64,000 bases of DNA from Chrysomallon squamiferum (Eukaryota; Animalia; Mollusca), in the NCBI GenBank assembly GCA_012295275.1, contig CM022677.1, positions 26,536,001 through 26,600,000 on the forward strand, read 5' to 3'. Position numbers and translations under genes: made by a program. The notes beneath the pieces are model-generated. The model was not told the origin of the DNA. It saw nothing but the letters and a program-made list of their open reading frames with translations, and did no database searches. Positions 1-25,118 of the stretch are shown piece by piece (within the stretch, counting starts at the first letter, position 1; the number at the start of each line of letters is the position of its first letter).

Positions 1-2923
<2,923 letters not shown>

Positions 2924-2925
2924 TA

Positions 2926-2967
<42 letters not shown>

Positions 2968-3950
2968 GGGTGTGTGTAAAGTAGTTACTGATTGTAAAAC
3001 TATTTAATATGATATGTATATTCTGACAAACTGTTATCGTATTTAACTATTTATTTATTTCTTTGATTTGATTTGTTTTAAATGAACTAGTTAATTTGAA
3101 ACTGAAGTACTGAAAAGGCGTGATAATCTCTAATGTGTGTGTGTGTGTGTATGCGTGTATGCGTGAAATAGTTTTTATTATTGAATGTGTAAAAAAGAAT
3201 ATAAAAAATACTGTGAACGATTATTTTTCCAAATAAAAATAACCACTGTTGTGAGCTTACTTATAAAAAAAAAATATAAAAAATGTTTGTACTGTTTCAT
3301 TCATAACAGAGAAATTGAATATTTGAAACATAATGTTTTTTGTTTCCTCTAATACTTAAATTTGTTAATAATCTTGTTAATTAGGAAAGTAATCATATAT
3401 TTCACATGCTTCTAATAATTTACCCAAGAAAAAACTGAATTAGCTTAGATTGCTTGCTTATTTATTTAAAATAATAGACAATTCTAAGAAACACAATTTA
3501 AAATTTAATATTTGTGATTGCCGAGACATTAAGAATTTAATAAAATAATTCTAATTGGAATGGTGTTTATTGATCATTAAATACATATGTGTATTGATGT
3601 ATATATTAATATATTGTTGTGCGTCTGTCTGTGCGTGCATGCGTGTTTGTGTTTAAGAATCAAAAACAGACTGGCTCGATACCTTTTTATTCTTAAAAAA
3701 AAAAAAAAATATTGTTTTTCAAATTTTATTTCTAAAGATTCGATTTGATTTAATGTCTATGAGCGCTGGCAACTTTAATTTTAAAGCTAATTACAATATA
3801 TTAGTCCTGACGATGACAACACATTAATCTTGTTAAGAAGAACAACAACAATAAAAAAAACGCATCTATTTTAATATCCGGATTTTTATTAATTATGAAA
3901 ATCCTTTGTTTTCGCTAATATTCGGAACACTAACCAAAAGGAACGATAAC

Positions 3951-4044
3951 TATGTCATTTTGTCTGCCTCGTTGCCAAAATGTCACCATAATGGAAAAGA
4001 AAAAATTAAAAATCAGAAAACTATTTTTTATCCGAAGTAGGTCA
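3951..4044 (+). promoter_or_regulatory. G2 conserved 5' block (CRE-like + GCCTCG + AAGTAGGTCA)
   Basis: TATGTCATTTTGTCTGCCTCGTT and AAGTAGGTCA (4035-4044), shared with G3 and G5. Confidence 0.55.
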
Positions 4045-4135
4045 ACCGCTAACATTTCAAAAATAGTTTTAGTTACTTTAATTACTTCTGCTTATAGAAA
4101 TGTGTATCACATTATTCCTCTACTGATTTTACACC

Positions 4136-11846
<7,711 letters not shown>

Positions 11847-12829
11847 AGATGAATGTTATCTCATTTAACTACATTTTGGATTACATTGTCTGCAAAAGAA
11901 GTCACAGGTTACATTTGTATGCTGTTTTTTTTACTTTGATCTGTGATATAACACTATTTAGGCATTCAGTCATTTGATTGAATACATAAAGGCTTGTGAT
12001 GGCTATAGAACTGTGATATATTTTAGTTTTAACATATTGTCCTTAAATACTACTTGTACATACACAACAATTATTATGTTTAATTCTTAAATAATAAAAC
12101 AATGTTAATTCTCAGTGTACATGGTTTTAAAGATAATCATATATGTAGATATGTTGTTACATATACTAAAGTTGTAAAATGATATTCAAATAGAAATTAA
12201 TGTTTAAATAAAACACACACACACACACACTTTCTAAATTTCAAGAATACATTTAGCATTGCTGTTTGTATGACATGCCTGCATAAAAACAGAAGAATGT
12301 GATCTGTTATTGTTGAATTTTAAAAATAATATTTAGTTTATTATTATATATTGTTGAACTATATTTATTTGCTTGCTTATAAACATTAGTATGTTACCAT
12401 CTGTGTTCAAATCATGTACGTTTATATTGTGAATATAAAAATAATCATTAGATATTGTTCATATTTTTATTTTACGTTTATCATCATCATAATCATCATT
12501 ATTATTGTTATTATTATGAATCAAGTGGGTATTAAAAGATAATGAATGATATGTATTTAAATGGTTGTTTTCTAATAAGGGTTAGAAAATGAAAATAAAA
12601 AAAATAAAAAGAGAGAATGTTTGCTGTATGTGAGACAGAAAGATTTTAATAATCTGTAAAAATAAATTATGTATAATGGTGTATATGATGGTAACTGTGT
12701 CTTAATTGGTGCCCAAAATATACAGACCCAAGTCTGACCAGACTCAAATAACAAATTACCTATATTTGATTTTTTCATTCTGAAATATGTTAGCAAAAAA
12801 TACTCAAAAAATAAGTTATGAATATATTA

Positions 12830-12905
<76 letters not shown>

Positions 12906-13352
12906 TATATATATATATATGTGATAATTTAGTATTGCTCTGTAGCTATTATTATTATTTTTTTTTTTTCCTTAGATCGGTTGTCAATTACATTAGAATC
13001 ATTAGGAAGACGATGATAATAACAATTAGAATAAATAAATAAATAAACAAACAGTGCATGAGATTATTATGCCAAAAGTAATTACTCTTGATTAATAATA
13101 TGTCAAAATTAATTAATTAATATATAAAAATAAGAATCAAAAAAAAAAAAAGAAAGAAGAAGCTGAAAGTCACAGGTAAAAGAATTTATTAGCTTTTAAT
13201 ATTTTATAAATTTTTCTGTTAAAAAAACAAACAACAATCAATATAACATTTAAATTCATTAGTATGAACAATACAAAACTTAAATAACAACAACAACAAC
13301 AATAATAATAATAAATAGTTCTTTCCGCTATGCTTCGGACTATTGAAATAAA

Positions 13353-13452
13353 TACGTCATTGTGTTTTGCCTCGTTCCCAAAATGATGGCTTTATGCACA
13401 AGGGGGGAAAATTAAATATTTTAATTAAATATGTTCTGTAATAAGTAGGTCA
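13353..13452 (+). promoter_or_regulatory. G3 conserved 5' block
   Basis: TACGTCATTGTGTTTTGCCTCGTT and TAAGTAGGTCA (13442-13452). Confidence 0.6.
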
Positions 13453-14177
13453 ACATATTTGAATACGGTTTTCGTTGTTAATTACTTCCATTTATAGCTC
13501 TGTAATAGTTATTGTTTGACTTCATATCATGGGACTCGTAAGTTAATTGATTTTTGTGATATTTATAAACTTTCTTAAAATAATTTTAAATAAGGCGACG
13601 TCTGCTATTGCAGACGACACTGTAATATGACTTCGTTTTTCGGTTTTACATTACAAGAACTTAAGAATTTGTTATTGATTTATTTTTATGTAAAGTAAAT
13701 CACTTTGATATCTTGTAGTTGGCAAAAGTAACTAAATAGATAATCTGAGGTTTAAGTACGTAGTTTGAAATAAAAACACATTTAAAACAAAAACGACGAA
13801 GCGATGTACCAGGTACGACACGGAATTAGGAAAACTACGATAAAAATGACAAAAAAAAAAAAACACAGTATTTTTTCTTATTTATTTAGCTTCTCGATAT
13901 AATTTTTAAAACACATTTTATCGCTGAATGTACTCGTTTGGTAATCGTAGCTCCTGTCTACCAACCTTTTTCGTTTCACAAACTATTACACATTATTCTT
14001 CCACTTTTATGATATACCGACAAGTCAGTTTTTCTAAAATTTATTCTTATTATTTTCTTTGAACTACTTTTTTTTTTTTTTTTTGTCACTTTCGCTAGAT
14101 GTTAATCAAAGTCATAATTATAAAGCTATAAATCTATTTACGCTTCTGTAGGAAAGCTAGATAAAAAAAAAAAAAAA

Positions 14178-14210
<33 letters not shown>

Positions 14211-14426
14211 AGAATCAGGAAAAAAAAAAAAAAATGACAAATTATAGTAATAGCAGTAATTCAAGTAATAATAATGATTGCAATAGCTGTAGCTGCAGTA
14301 ATAATAATGATAATATTTTCTATGGTTTAATAGTAGTAGTAGTAGTAGTAGTAGTAGTAATAAAAATATTATTATGTTTAATAAACTAATTTTATTTTCC
14401 AGATTTAATCTCAGGGTTTTGAAACC

Positions 14427-14530
14427 ATGAAGATCACAAACTATGTCTGTCTATTCATCATACTGACATTCACATCAAAATACTGTACTGGGTTCGTTAT
14501 TAGCCCAAGGCCAATAGGTTTATAATTATA

Positions 14531-14569
<39 letters not shown>

Positions 14570-17140
14570 TAAAATGAATTATAATTTGCAGTATTTTATT
14601 AACTTTTCTGACATATGCTCTTGTTCAAAGTCAATCAGAATATATATGTGCCTGTTTTTCTCTGAGTTTGTGTTGTGGTGTGTGTATGTGTGTGTGTGTG
14701 TGAATTCCATAGATACTTTAATAGATATGAATACCTTCCATAATTCACACAAAGGTCAGTTTGCATTACATGATTCACATCTTCTGTCTAAATGATTGTA
14801 ACTGTGAATATTTTAAATTAAATATTAAAATTAACAGTAAAATGTTATCATTTTGAAACATTTCTGACTTTTAACAAACCCTTCACACTAACCTCTTAGC
14901 CTATTAGATCAACGGCCTTCTGTGTTGTACAATATACATTAATATTTACATTTTTAGATGGTAAATGGGGTCCCTGGTTCAAAGAGAATGTGCCAGAATG
15001 TGAAGGTCCATGTGACAAATCAGGAGTTCGGACAGTTACTTTTAAGAGAAGGTGTGATAGCCCTATACCTTCAAAATTTGGTTTAAACTGTCGTGGCAAG
15101 AATGAGAAAGAAATGACTGAAAATTGCGAAGTCTTAAGCTGTAATGGTATTTAAATTTTATTTTTTCTGCATTAATTTAATATTTTTCTTTTTAATTTTT
15201 TAAAACTTTGTTTTTTCATTATCTGTAATGAATCTATCTAATTATATATATTTACATATACATGCATACACATATATAATATTTTACATATTGATAATGT
15301 TTTCAAATACCGCTGATTTACAGAACTTACAATAACTTTCAATTTTTGTTGTATTTTCTTTACTTTTAAGGTCTTTTATTCTATTGAATTTTTTTGTATT
15401 TATTTATTTATTTTAAATACAAAATAAATTAATGAAAAAAGTGTTTTAATTAAAACCACATTTCCAGATTATTCTCATTCTCTAAAATGACACTGTTAGT
15501 GATTGGCTGTGGAAAAAATCAATCAAATACTACTTCACAGAACCTTTTAGCTTATGCCATTGTGTAAATTAAATTAATAAATGGTCCATTCTTTACAAAA
15601 ATGTTTTTGACAAATTATTATGGAAATTATTCTAAAAGTTATGAAAAAGTTACAATAATGCTGGGAGCTGAAGCTGAACAAACTCTGGATAATTTAATCA
15701 GTTGAAATTGTATTTTTTCTTTCTCCTATTGACGGTGGCTGGGGTGCATGGAACCAAATGGAAACTGGAGCCTGCAGTGTTGCATGTGGAAATGGGACAC
15801 TGACTGCGACGTACACACGATACTGTGATAATCCAGCCCCTTCAAAGTGGGGACGGCCATGTCCTGGCAGCAGCAAGAAAATTGCTAATGAGAGTTGTTT
15901 TTCTCCATGCTCAGGTATCTGTTTGTTTTCTTTTTGTTATTATTATTTTTTCTGTATTTAAACATAGTTATAATTTTTGAAAACATTAAAAAAATAAAGA
16001 TATCTGATTCTGCAAATAATTAAAAAAAAACATGTTAAATATAATATTTTTGAAAATAGAAACAAATGATTCATATTTTTTAATTAATGGTTTGTTGTGT
16101 TTGGATTTGTCCAGTGTATTTATTATGTTTGAGTTATTATTATTATTGTTATAATTATAATGATTATTTTTATTATTTTTTTTTTTATTTTTTTTTTTTT
16201 TGAGTTTGTGGGTGTTTTTTTTTTTTTTTTTTTTTTTTTATATTTGTGTGTGTTTATTTATTTATTTATTTATTTTTTTATTTTTATTTTTTTTTTTTTT
16301 TTTTTTTTTTGTTTTTATATTTGTTGGGAATTTGTGGATGGCTTTTGATTAGAAGAAAGAAAGAATTGGTCACTTATTTCATTCAATATTTCCTTTTCTT
16401 AACATGTAGATTTAACATTATTCCAGTTATCTTTTAAATAATTCTAATTGCTGAATGCAACATTAACTTACTGAGTCTGACACTAATAGTTATCACAGAT
16501 TTCTAATAAGATATTACGTTTTCTTAACAGCCACTTATACATTTTACTAATCATCTTGTTAATTGCTTTTCTTAACAGTTACTTATAAATTTTACTAATG
16601 ATCTTGTTAATTGTTTTCTTAACAGTTACATGGAGATTTAACTTTTCAATTGCAGAATTCAACGTGAAAGCACTAACCCCCACACTGGACATGATACTGA
16701 TAATAATAGCTGCCTCAGTTGGAGTTCTTCTTTTGATTACTGGAATTTACATGATAACGTAATTTTAGCTTTGTTTATTTTTATTTTTATTTTATTTATT
16801 TTTTTTTATCAGTATTTAGTATTATTTTATATAATGTTGTAAAAATACTCAGTCTGCAGAAGTTAATCTTCATAATAATCAATTCTGGCTTCTTTCTTTG
16901 CATGTGCACCTAGTGAGTGCATATATGTATATGTGTTTGCCTGTCTGAGTGTATGCATTAATAAGTAATATTTATATTTCTAGATGGTAATTTTGGATTT
17001 TATACTTTGATGTTTATTATTTATGATTTTCTTCATTTAACAGTCGACACAGACGAAAGAAACCCTTGATCCAAGAAGTACAACAATCCGGTGCATCCTC
17101 AGAAAATCCTGGACTAACTGTGTCCAGGGAGAGAGTGTGA
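14427..17140 (+). CDS. G3: type-I membrane protein with 2 TSR; exons 14427-14517, 14958-15146, (15702 or ~15729)-15914, 16656-16758, 17044-17140
   Basis: MKITNYVCLFIILTFTSKYCTG signal; DGKWGPW..CEGPC; DGGWGAW..CSVACGNGT; TM LDMILIIIAASVGVLLLITGIYMIT; tail RHRRKKPLIQEVQQSGASSENPGLTVSRERV*. Confidence 0.85.
14958..15146 (+). CDS. G3 N-terminal TSR exon (189 nt)
   Basis: DGKWGPWFKENVPECEGPCDKSGVRTVTFKRRCDSPIPSKFGLNCRG...CEVLSCN. Confidence 0.88.
15702..15914 (+). CDS. G3 membrane-proximal TSR exon (canonical acceptor AG missing; in-frame upstream AG at 15700-15701)
   Basis: DGGWGAWNQMETGACSVACGNGT...NESCFSPCS; 'cctattgac' where sisters have 'ag|ttgac'. Confidence 0.75.
16656..16758 (+). CDS. 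G3 transmembrane exon (103 nt)
   Basis: EFNVKALTPTLDMILIIIAASVGVLLLITGIYMIT. Confidence 0.85.
17044..17140 (+). CDS. G3 cytoplasmic exon
   Basis: RHRRKKPLIQEVQQSGASSENPGLTVSRERV*. Confidence 0.85.
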
Positions 17141-17338
17141 TAATCTACAGGCCAAAAGCATTTGCCCTTTTCAGCACCCAAAGTATTGTTATTTAAAAGT
17201 AAACAAAATGAAATCCACTGCAGAATAATTTGAAATTATTTTGATACTGGGGTTACCAATAAGATTTCCACAAATCTGTTCTGTGATTATATTTTATATT
17301 TTCTTGGTGTTCATGTTCTTCTTTAATAAATATTATTT

Positions 17339-17405
<67 letters not shown>

Positions 17406-18461
17406 TATTGAGCTTTTAGCGTTACATAAAGAAATGATTAGATAAATATGATTAACTTGAGATTTGTTTGGCTATTTACCTTTCAACTTATTTCTTAATC
17501 TATCTGGAATTTACTCTTCTTTTTTTTAATTTAATTTTATTTATCTTTCTAAAAATAATACTATTTATTTATTTATTTATTTATTTATTTTAACTGTATT
17601 AGTTTTATAGGATAGGACTGCATACACAGAAATTCTTCCATATTATCAAAAAAAAAGACATTTAATGGTGTTTTTAAATTATTTTAGAATTTATTATTTT
17701 CAAAGTAATTACATTCTAAAAGCATTTATAATCATATTTATAAACATATATTAACTGTTATGTGCATGAACAAGTATTTATAATAAGCTCAGGTGTAATA
17801 TTATTTTATTTCATTGCTTTATTGCGTTATTGCCAATATAAAAGTAATAAATATTTTAGTCTCAGATTAAATAAATGAGCCATTAGTGTTGTTCTTGTTA
17901 TAAATAAATTAATTCAAATGATTTATTAAAGTGCTTTTTAGAAGTAACTAACTATATGTATATTTCTGATTGTTTTATTTTAATTTTTTGTCTAGCAATA
18001 TAACAGAAAATAAAAAATAAATAAATTCGTTCTTATGATTAACGGTTGACTTCATCTTTTCTGTATTAGTGTGTTTGTATATAAACCAGTGAATTAATTC
18101 ATCCTTTATACGAAACATTAACACTGAAAAATATTTGAAACAGTACCAAGAAAAACTGTGACAACCTATATCTATTTCCTTCTAAAAATATTAATTTGCC
18201 AATCACTTTCATCCGTTTACTGATAATATTAAATTAACAGGTGTCTGAAGGGAAGGGAGGGCTTATAGCACCATAGTCTAATCCACAGATCCTGGAAAAT
18301 CATTCGTCCTGAAGCTGAATAAATTAATAATTAAAAGATGATTATATTACTAATAAATTAAATTAAAAACAATATATTAATCTGGTCAACAAAATTTTGC
18401 GTCGTTTTTTAAATTTTATTATATATGAAGGTACACCTTAATTTTCGAAAGGATCGGTAAC

Positions 18462-18490
18462 TACGTCATTTTAATAGCCTCGCTTTCAGT
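18462..18490 (+). promoter_or_regulatory. G4 conserved 5' block
   Basis: TACGTCATTTTAATAGCCTCGCTT; no AGGTCA motif seen at the equivalent position. Confidence 0.5.
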
Positions 18491-19059
18491 TGTTCACCAT
18501 AATGGAAAATAGAAAAAATAAAACTAGAAATACGAAATTAATAATTTTCAAAATAATTTTAATTATCAAATAGTTCTTTTGCTTGGCTATATTCCGTTGT
18601 GTTTAAATTTCACTTCATGGTACAGGTAAGTAATTTGTTTCAAAAATATATTTATAAAGCTTTAAATTAATATTCACAGGATAGTTAATTGACTGAAATT
18701 GCAGAAGATTCGTTTTAATCGCAAACCACGCGCGGGTCTGAATATGTTTACAAGATAATGTTTTTGACATCCTAAAATATGTTTGCATGTTAATAAAGTT
18801 AATTATTTTTAAAACTGCATTCAGTTTTATACATTAAGAAATGAATATATATATTATATTTGTGTTTTGTGTTTTGTGAGTGTGTGTGTAACTATTAACA
18901 CAACAATGTTGTTGAGTAATGGCATTTGCTTAAAATATTATTTAAAAATTATATTAAAAAAAAAGTCAAGAAGAAGAAGGAAGACAAACATATGTATAAT
19001 TTAATAAACTGAATGTATAATTTGAAGTTTTACTTGATTATTGTCCAGGTTTAAATACC

Positions 19060-21560
19060 ATGAAGACCACGAACTATGTCCATCTATTCGTCGTACTGAC
19101 CGTTACAACAAAATATTGCACTGGTTTCTCTATTAGCGTCAGGCCTATAGGTTTTATAATAATTATCTTTTAAAGTTAACTTTTATTAGAATATTAGTGT
19201 TCTAAATCAACATACAAAATGCACGCAGTGTTTGGCATTATCATAATCATTAATAGCATGCTTCTTCTTCTACTTCTTCTTTTATGATTATGATCATTCA
19301 GGAACATTTTAAAATAAATTTAATATTTGAAATTTCGAGGTAATTATAATAATTTATAATTGAAAATTATTGTGTATTTACTTACTATACTTTTTAATTT
19401 AAACCATTGATTATAAATTAAAAACGACAACAACAACAACAACACCAATACCCCCGCAAAATTATTTTAATTTCTATCTTGCATGTCATCAGCAATATTT
19501 CTATTATTATTTTTTGAACTGTTGTGTGAGTTATGTAATCATACATTTGTTATTTAAAGACTTTGATTTTTAGATGGCAAGTGGGGTACATGGCAGAATT
19601 GGTATGACTCAAAATGTAAAGGACAATGCGGGAAAAACAATTACCGGATAATCACTTACAGACGAAAATGTGATAACCCTCCGCCGTCAGAATTTGGTAC
19701 CAAATGTTCTGGTAGTTCTGTGAAAACGGCTACAGAATTCTGCAAGATGACAGGCTGTGAAGGTATAGAAAATTATTATTATTATTCTTAAGTTCAAACC
19801 TTTAATATCAATATTTATAAACAAATGATATTTTATTTTACTGATGAACATTTTGAAAAATTATTTAAAGAATAGAATACTTTAAATTATCGTAAAAATT
19901 ATATCTATTTAATGATATAATTGAAAAGCATTATAAATTTACTTATCACTTTTTAAATATTATCTATCTATCTTTCTTAAGTGTTATATTTTATTTCATT
20001 CAGTAACATTTAAAGATCAATGTAATATTTGAAATTTCAAGTCAATGATAATAATTTATAATTGAAAAATTATTGTGTATTTACTTACTATACTTTTTAA
20101 TTTAAACCATTGATTAACATTAGTAATATAAACAGCACATTATCATCTTACTTCAGCTGTGAAAATTGTGAAATAAGTGAATATATTCAAAGGCTAGATT
20201 AAATTTATTAATGAAGAACCTTTTTTTGTTTTCCCACCAATAATCAATGAATTCTAAAATGTTCTTTAATATCTCAGTTTGTGTTTGTTATTTTTCTAGC
20301 AGTTCACGGAGGCTGGAGTTCGTGGACGCAACATCAGTTGCCATGCAGTGTGACGTGTGAAACGGGTTTGATGAATATATCTGAAACCAGGATGTGTAAC
20401 AGGCCGATGCCAAAGAACGGAGGACGGCAGTGTCGTGGTCTCAGGAAAGAATGTTCGAAACTGAATGTTTTACAGACACAGAGTGTCCCGGTATGACTAT
20501 ACTCGTTGTTGTTGTTGTTGTAGCATCGCTCAGTAGTACAGGTTGTGAATCCTTGTGTATCCGAAATGCTTGGAACTGGAAGTGTTTTGGATTTAGGAAT
20601 ATTTCGGATTTAGGGAATATAAGGAGATAGCATAAGAACAGAATCTACGTCTAAATATGAATTCTGTTTATGTTTCATGTACAGCTTTCACAGATAGTCT
20701 GCGGGATTCTTTAAATAATATTCTTAATAATTTTGTGCATGAAATACGGTTTGCATACACAAAAACAGAATTACTGTTTTATTTTTTTAGTGGATGGTGG
20801 GTGGGGTGTTTGGAGGACGCAGCAGATAGGTGCCTGTAGTACGAGCTGTGGAAAAGGGTCGCAGACGGTCAGATACACACGATACTGTAACAGTCCTGCA
20901 CCTGCTGGCTGGGGAAAGTTCTGTTCTGGCAACAACACGAAAACAATCACACTAACATGTTCTTTTAAATGTGATGGTATTTACATTTCATCTTCTTCTA
21001 AATCACTATCATTATAATTATCTTCTTCTTTTTACTTCTTCTTCTTCTTCTTCTTCTTATTATTATTATTATAACAAAAAGCTATTAAAGAATCATGTTC
21101 CTAAATGTTCAGATATTTGCAAGTTGTCTTCATCGTCTAAATATTATTATTATTGTCATCATCATCATCATCATCATCATTATAATTATATAACAAGAAA
21201 GACAGTTACAGAAACAGGTATTTCTAAATAACCGAATATTTGGATTTCTTCTTCTTATTATTATCACCGTTGTAATTTTAATTCTGTCATTTCTCATTGT
21301 GTTTTTAATTACTTCAACTGCAGGACAAAGTTCTAAAGAATTTACCTTGACAGTGGACGTGATAATATTAGTAATCGGTATTGCACTTATTTTCCTCATG
21401 TTTATCACAGTCACATACGTTTTCAGGTATTTTATTTTAAATAAATAATCATTCACGATAACTGAAACATCTGAATTATAACAAATCTGTATAGAAAATG
21501 AATAACTACTTCATAATGATATAAAATAATGGCTTACTGTAACAAAACTCTTAGTGACCA

Positions 21561-21609
<49 letters not shown>

Positions 21610-22045
21610 TAGATAAATGTGTTTCTGTTATTCAGTAAAAGATTAATGAATGGCTCCAATTAAGTAAAAATATTATGGATTTAGAGCATGTACAACTATG
21701 TACAGTGTTTGGGTAAATCTTTGCAATATGTTATTATTATGATTATTATTATTATTATTATTACTACATGAATCGCTATACAAACAGTATATAACAGAAG
21801 TTATAAATTTATTTATTATTAACATTTATTAATATAATTATAAGCATCACATTATGTTGTTGTTGTTGTTGTTATTATTATTATTATTATACGAATTATT
21901 TTCAAACCAGTAACACTTATTTATTGTCTCTTCAACGTAGTATTTTATCTTTTTTCACAGACAACACAAACGAAGAGGACCTTTGATTGAAAAAGGTAAA
22001 ACTATTATGAGTCACGCTGAAGAAAACCCTGCATTATCTACTTAA
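19060..22045 (+). CDS. G4: type-I membrane protein with 3 TSR; exons 19060-19150, 19574-19762, 20303-20490 (frameshift), 20791-20976, 21324-21426, 21961-22045
   Basis: MKTTNYVHLFVVLTVTTKYCTG signal; TM VDVIILVIGIALIFLMFITVTYVFR; tail QHKRRGPLIEKGKTIMSHAEENPALST*. Confidence 0.85.
19574..19762 (+). CDS. G4 N-terminal TSR exon (189 nt)
   Basis: DGKWGTWQNWYDSKCKGQCGKNNYRIITYRRKCDNPPPSEFGTKCSG...CKMTGCE. Confidence 0.88.
20303..20490 (+). CDS. G4 TSR exon with 1-nt deletion near 20440
   Basis: VHGGWSSWTQHQLPCSVTCETG...CRG then QERMFETECFTDTECP in a shifted frame; 188 nt. Confidence 0.75.
20539..20760. mobile_element. Tigger/pogo-like (Tigger4/Zombi-like) DNA transposon remnant in G4 intron
   Basis: TA|CAGGTTG..TATCCGAAATGCTTGGAACTGGAAGTGTTTTGGATTT and ..AATAATTTTGTGCATGAAA.. 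resemble the Tigger4b consensus as I recall it; not database-checked. Confidence 0.55.
20791..20976 (+). CDS. G4 membrane-proximal TSR exon (186 nt)
   Basis: VDGGWGVWRTQQIGACSTSCGKGS...CSFKCD. Confidence 0.88.
21324..21426 (+). CDS. G4 transmembrane exon (103 nt)
   Basis: GQSSKEFTLTVDVIILVIGIALIFLMFITVTYVFR. Confidence 0.85.
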
Positions 22046-24367
22046 AAAACCAACGTAACAGTCTACATGTATTAGTTGTGCTTGTCTAAATATATTCTGA
22101 GTTAATGGACTATGCCTACAAATCCGTTTCTAAATTTTAAATTACATGGCTTTGCTATGATGACAATGTCTGACTGGAAGACGTCTAGCATGACTGCTTC
22201 GATTAAAGGCTAGGTCGAGTCGAAAACGAAAAGAAAATTGTACATCTTATCTTCAGAATATAAAAGTATATAGTTACAAATGAGAAGATGTAGCTGTTTA
22301 CGGAGGATTTGCTCTCTGTGTCTCTGTGTGTGTGCTTATTATTTTTATTTTTATTCTGGAATTTTATTGTAATAAAATATTCCAGAAAAAATATAGACGT
22401 ATATAAACTATAGAAACAGTATTTCCTTATGGATATATATTTTTAATTGTTATTACAGCAGACAATTTCATTACAATAAAAGATATTACTAATAAAATAT
22501 TCATTGTAATAATGGGGCATTTGTTATTTAATAGATACTATTATTGTACAGTTTTTCTTTTTCTTTTCTATTTTAAGTAAATGTTCCATTATTTATTAAA
22601 AAAAAAACACCTAATAATAATGGATCTAATTATTTCAATAAAGGATGTATTATTATTATAATAAGTAACTGAGTTGTAATGGTATTGTAATAATATATTT
22701 TAATAGATATTACTGTCTTAATGTTACTGCAACAAGAGAGCCATTAATATTATTACAATATGTAATTGTATTTAAATATTAATTTAATAACAGTCATTGT
22801 TTTAGCAATTAAAAGTACTTTATCACTGTTATAACATTTATTTTATCATAATAGGTAATGTAATGTATTGTAATAATGTCAATATTGTAAAATAGGTGAT
22901 GCTGTTATAGGAAATTTATTATTAGAAATGTAATGATAGTTTAATAATAGATCTGTGTTTTTATTAAAATTTGTTGTAATATATTATTATTAAAATATGT
23001 AGTGCTATTGTAATAATATGTCAATTGTCTTTAAATTGCGTAATGGTATTGTAAAAAATATAAAGTGTTATTATAACATAATAATATCTATATCTATACA
23101 TATATAATATATTTAGTTATTTATTAGCTCTTTTATTTATTATTATTATTATTCTTTATTTATATATATTATTTCTTCTTCTTCGTGTTTGTTCTTCTTT
23201 ATTTTTGCTGTTCCCTACAAGCTTGAGTATTACTGTAGAAACTGGTAAAAAATGTTTCTTTCAAATATCCTTTAATGGAATGTTTATGACTTTTTTCCTG
23301 TAGTTTAGTTTTTGTCTTGATCTGTTCGTAATTCAGAGCAATCTAGATACATTTTAAACTGGTTATTAACAGCTTACGTAACATTATATAGACATTTGAC
23401 AGCATTTGTAAGAATTTTTTATTAGTAAATTAGATAAGTAATGACAACTATGTAATATCTGAATAAAATATTTATTTCAGAATAAAATAAAGAAGTTCAT
23501 TTTAATATAATATGATGCACGATGACAAAATTACCTTGTATATAATCTAACAAATAAAATGATTCACTGAAAAAGAAAAAGAAAGAATGAAAAAAGGGAA
23601 TAAAAAACATAACCCAAATAACACCCCAAACAAGAAGAAGAAAAAAATTTGAGTTATAATAAATAAAATAAATAAATAAACAAAAAGTACTTTATCTATA
23701 TATATAAAATACTCTTTCCTTTTTTTATTTATTTATAACACACAAACACACACACACACACACACACACACGCATTAACAGTGACAATACTACCAGAATA
23801 ATTAAAACTGTAGAATTGGAAAAATGTAATCAGTTGTAAAGAAAAAAATAAAAATAAAAATAAAAAAATAAAATAAAGAATAAAGATAATGGCCTGCAGC
23901 AGTGTAAATCATATTTATGCCAACTTAATAATGTATTTTAAAACTTATGTAAATAACTGAAGAAAAATGTATTTACTACAGTATTATTATTAATTATAAA
24001 TAACATCCATAATTAATTTTTTTGAAATAGAACTATTTACAGGGTTATTATTAGCACTAAATAACAAAATATAAATAACAAAAAGTAAATACACTCCATA
24101 ATGCAAAGTCCTTTAACCACTGCAGCACTAGGGCACAGGTAATATAGAGAAACAAAATAATTTTAATAAATAACAATTTTTTTTTTTTTTTTTTTTAAAT
24201 AACAATCCCACCGGCATAATAAGAATCACCAAACGAGGTGTATATTCACGTCATCCTTCTGTCCAAGTAGAGGTTTTGTTCAATGATCTATGAATAAAAC
24301 GTGAACAGAATAGGCAACAATTTCTTCACAAGACCTCTGTAAAAACTTACATAATTATATACAGTTA

Positions 24368-24736
24368 CTAAACTTTTTCCGATGATGTGGTCAGTCCAGG
24401 GTTTTCGGTATCCTGCTGGCTTATTGACTGATTGTTTCCATCAAGTAATGGACCCTTTCGTTTACGTCTTCTGTAAAAAACAGAAAAAAGACAAGAAAGT
24501 AGAAATGAATTCTAAAAATAATAAAGAAACGAGCACAAGTATCACGTTAATATTTTCTTTTATCTACCAACTCTGTACAGTTACCTACGTGACTTAATAT
24601 GCGAAAAGATATTTGTGAAGTATATTAGAATTGGGGTTTTCTGCTACCACAGAACTGTATCTTCGTATCTCTACTTCATTAATTTCAACAGGGAATAGCA
24701 TTGTTTTTAGTTATGTGATATTTCACTGGTATACAA

Positions 24737-24793
<57 letters not shown>

Positions 24794-25082
24794 CATAATA
24801 ATAATAATAATAAAACTAATTACAACAATAATAATGATGATAATAATTAGATGCTGCTGTTGATGATGATGATGATGATGATATTATGATAATAATAATA
24901 ATAATAATAATTACTTGAAAATTAACATTCCTGTAATGCAGGAAAGCACTGCAATGGCAGCAGCTATGATTATCAGTATCAAATTGTAATCTGTGTCAAA
25001 TGATTTAGAACTGTGTTCTGAAATTTGAAATAAAATGGGAATCAGAGTGAAGTTACAATATTTATGAAAATTATGTATTGTA

Positions 25083-25118
<36 letters not shown>

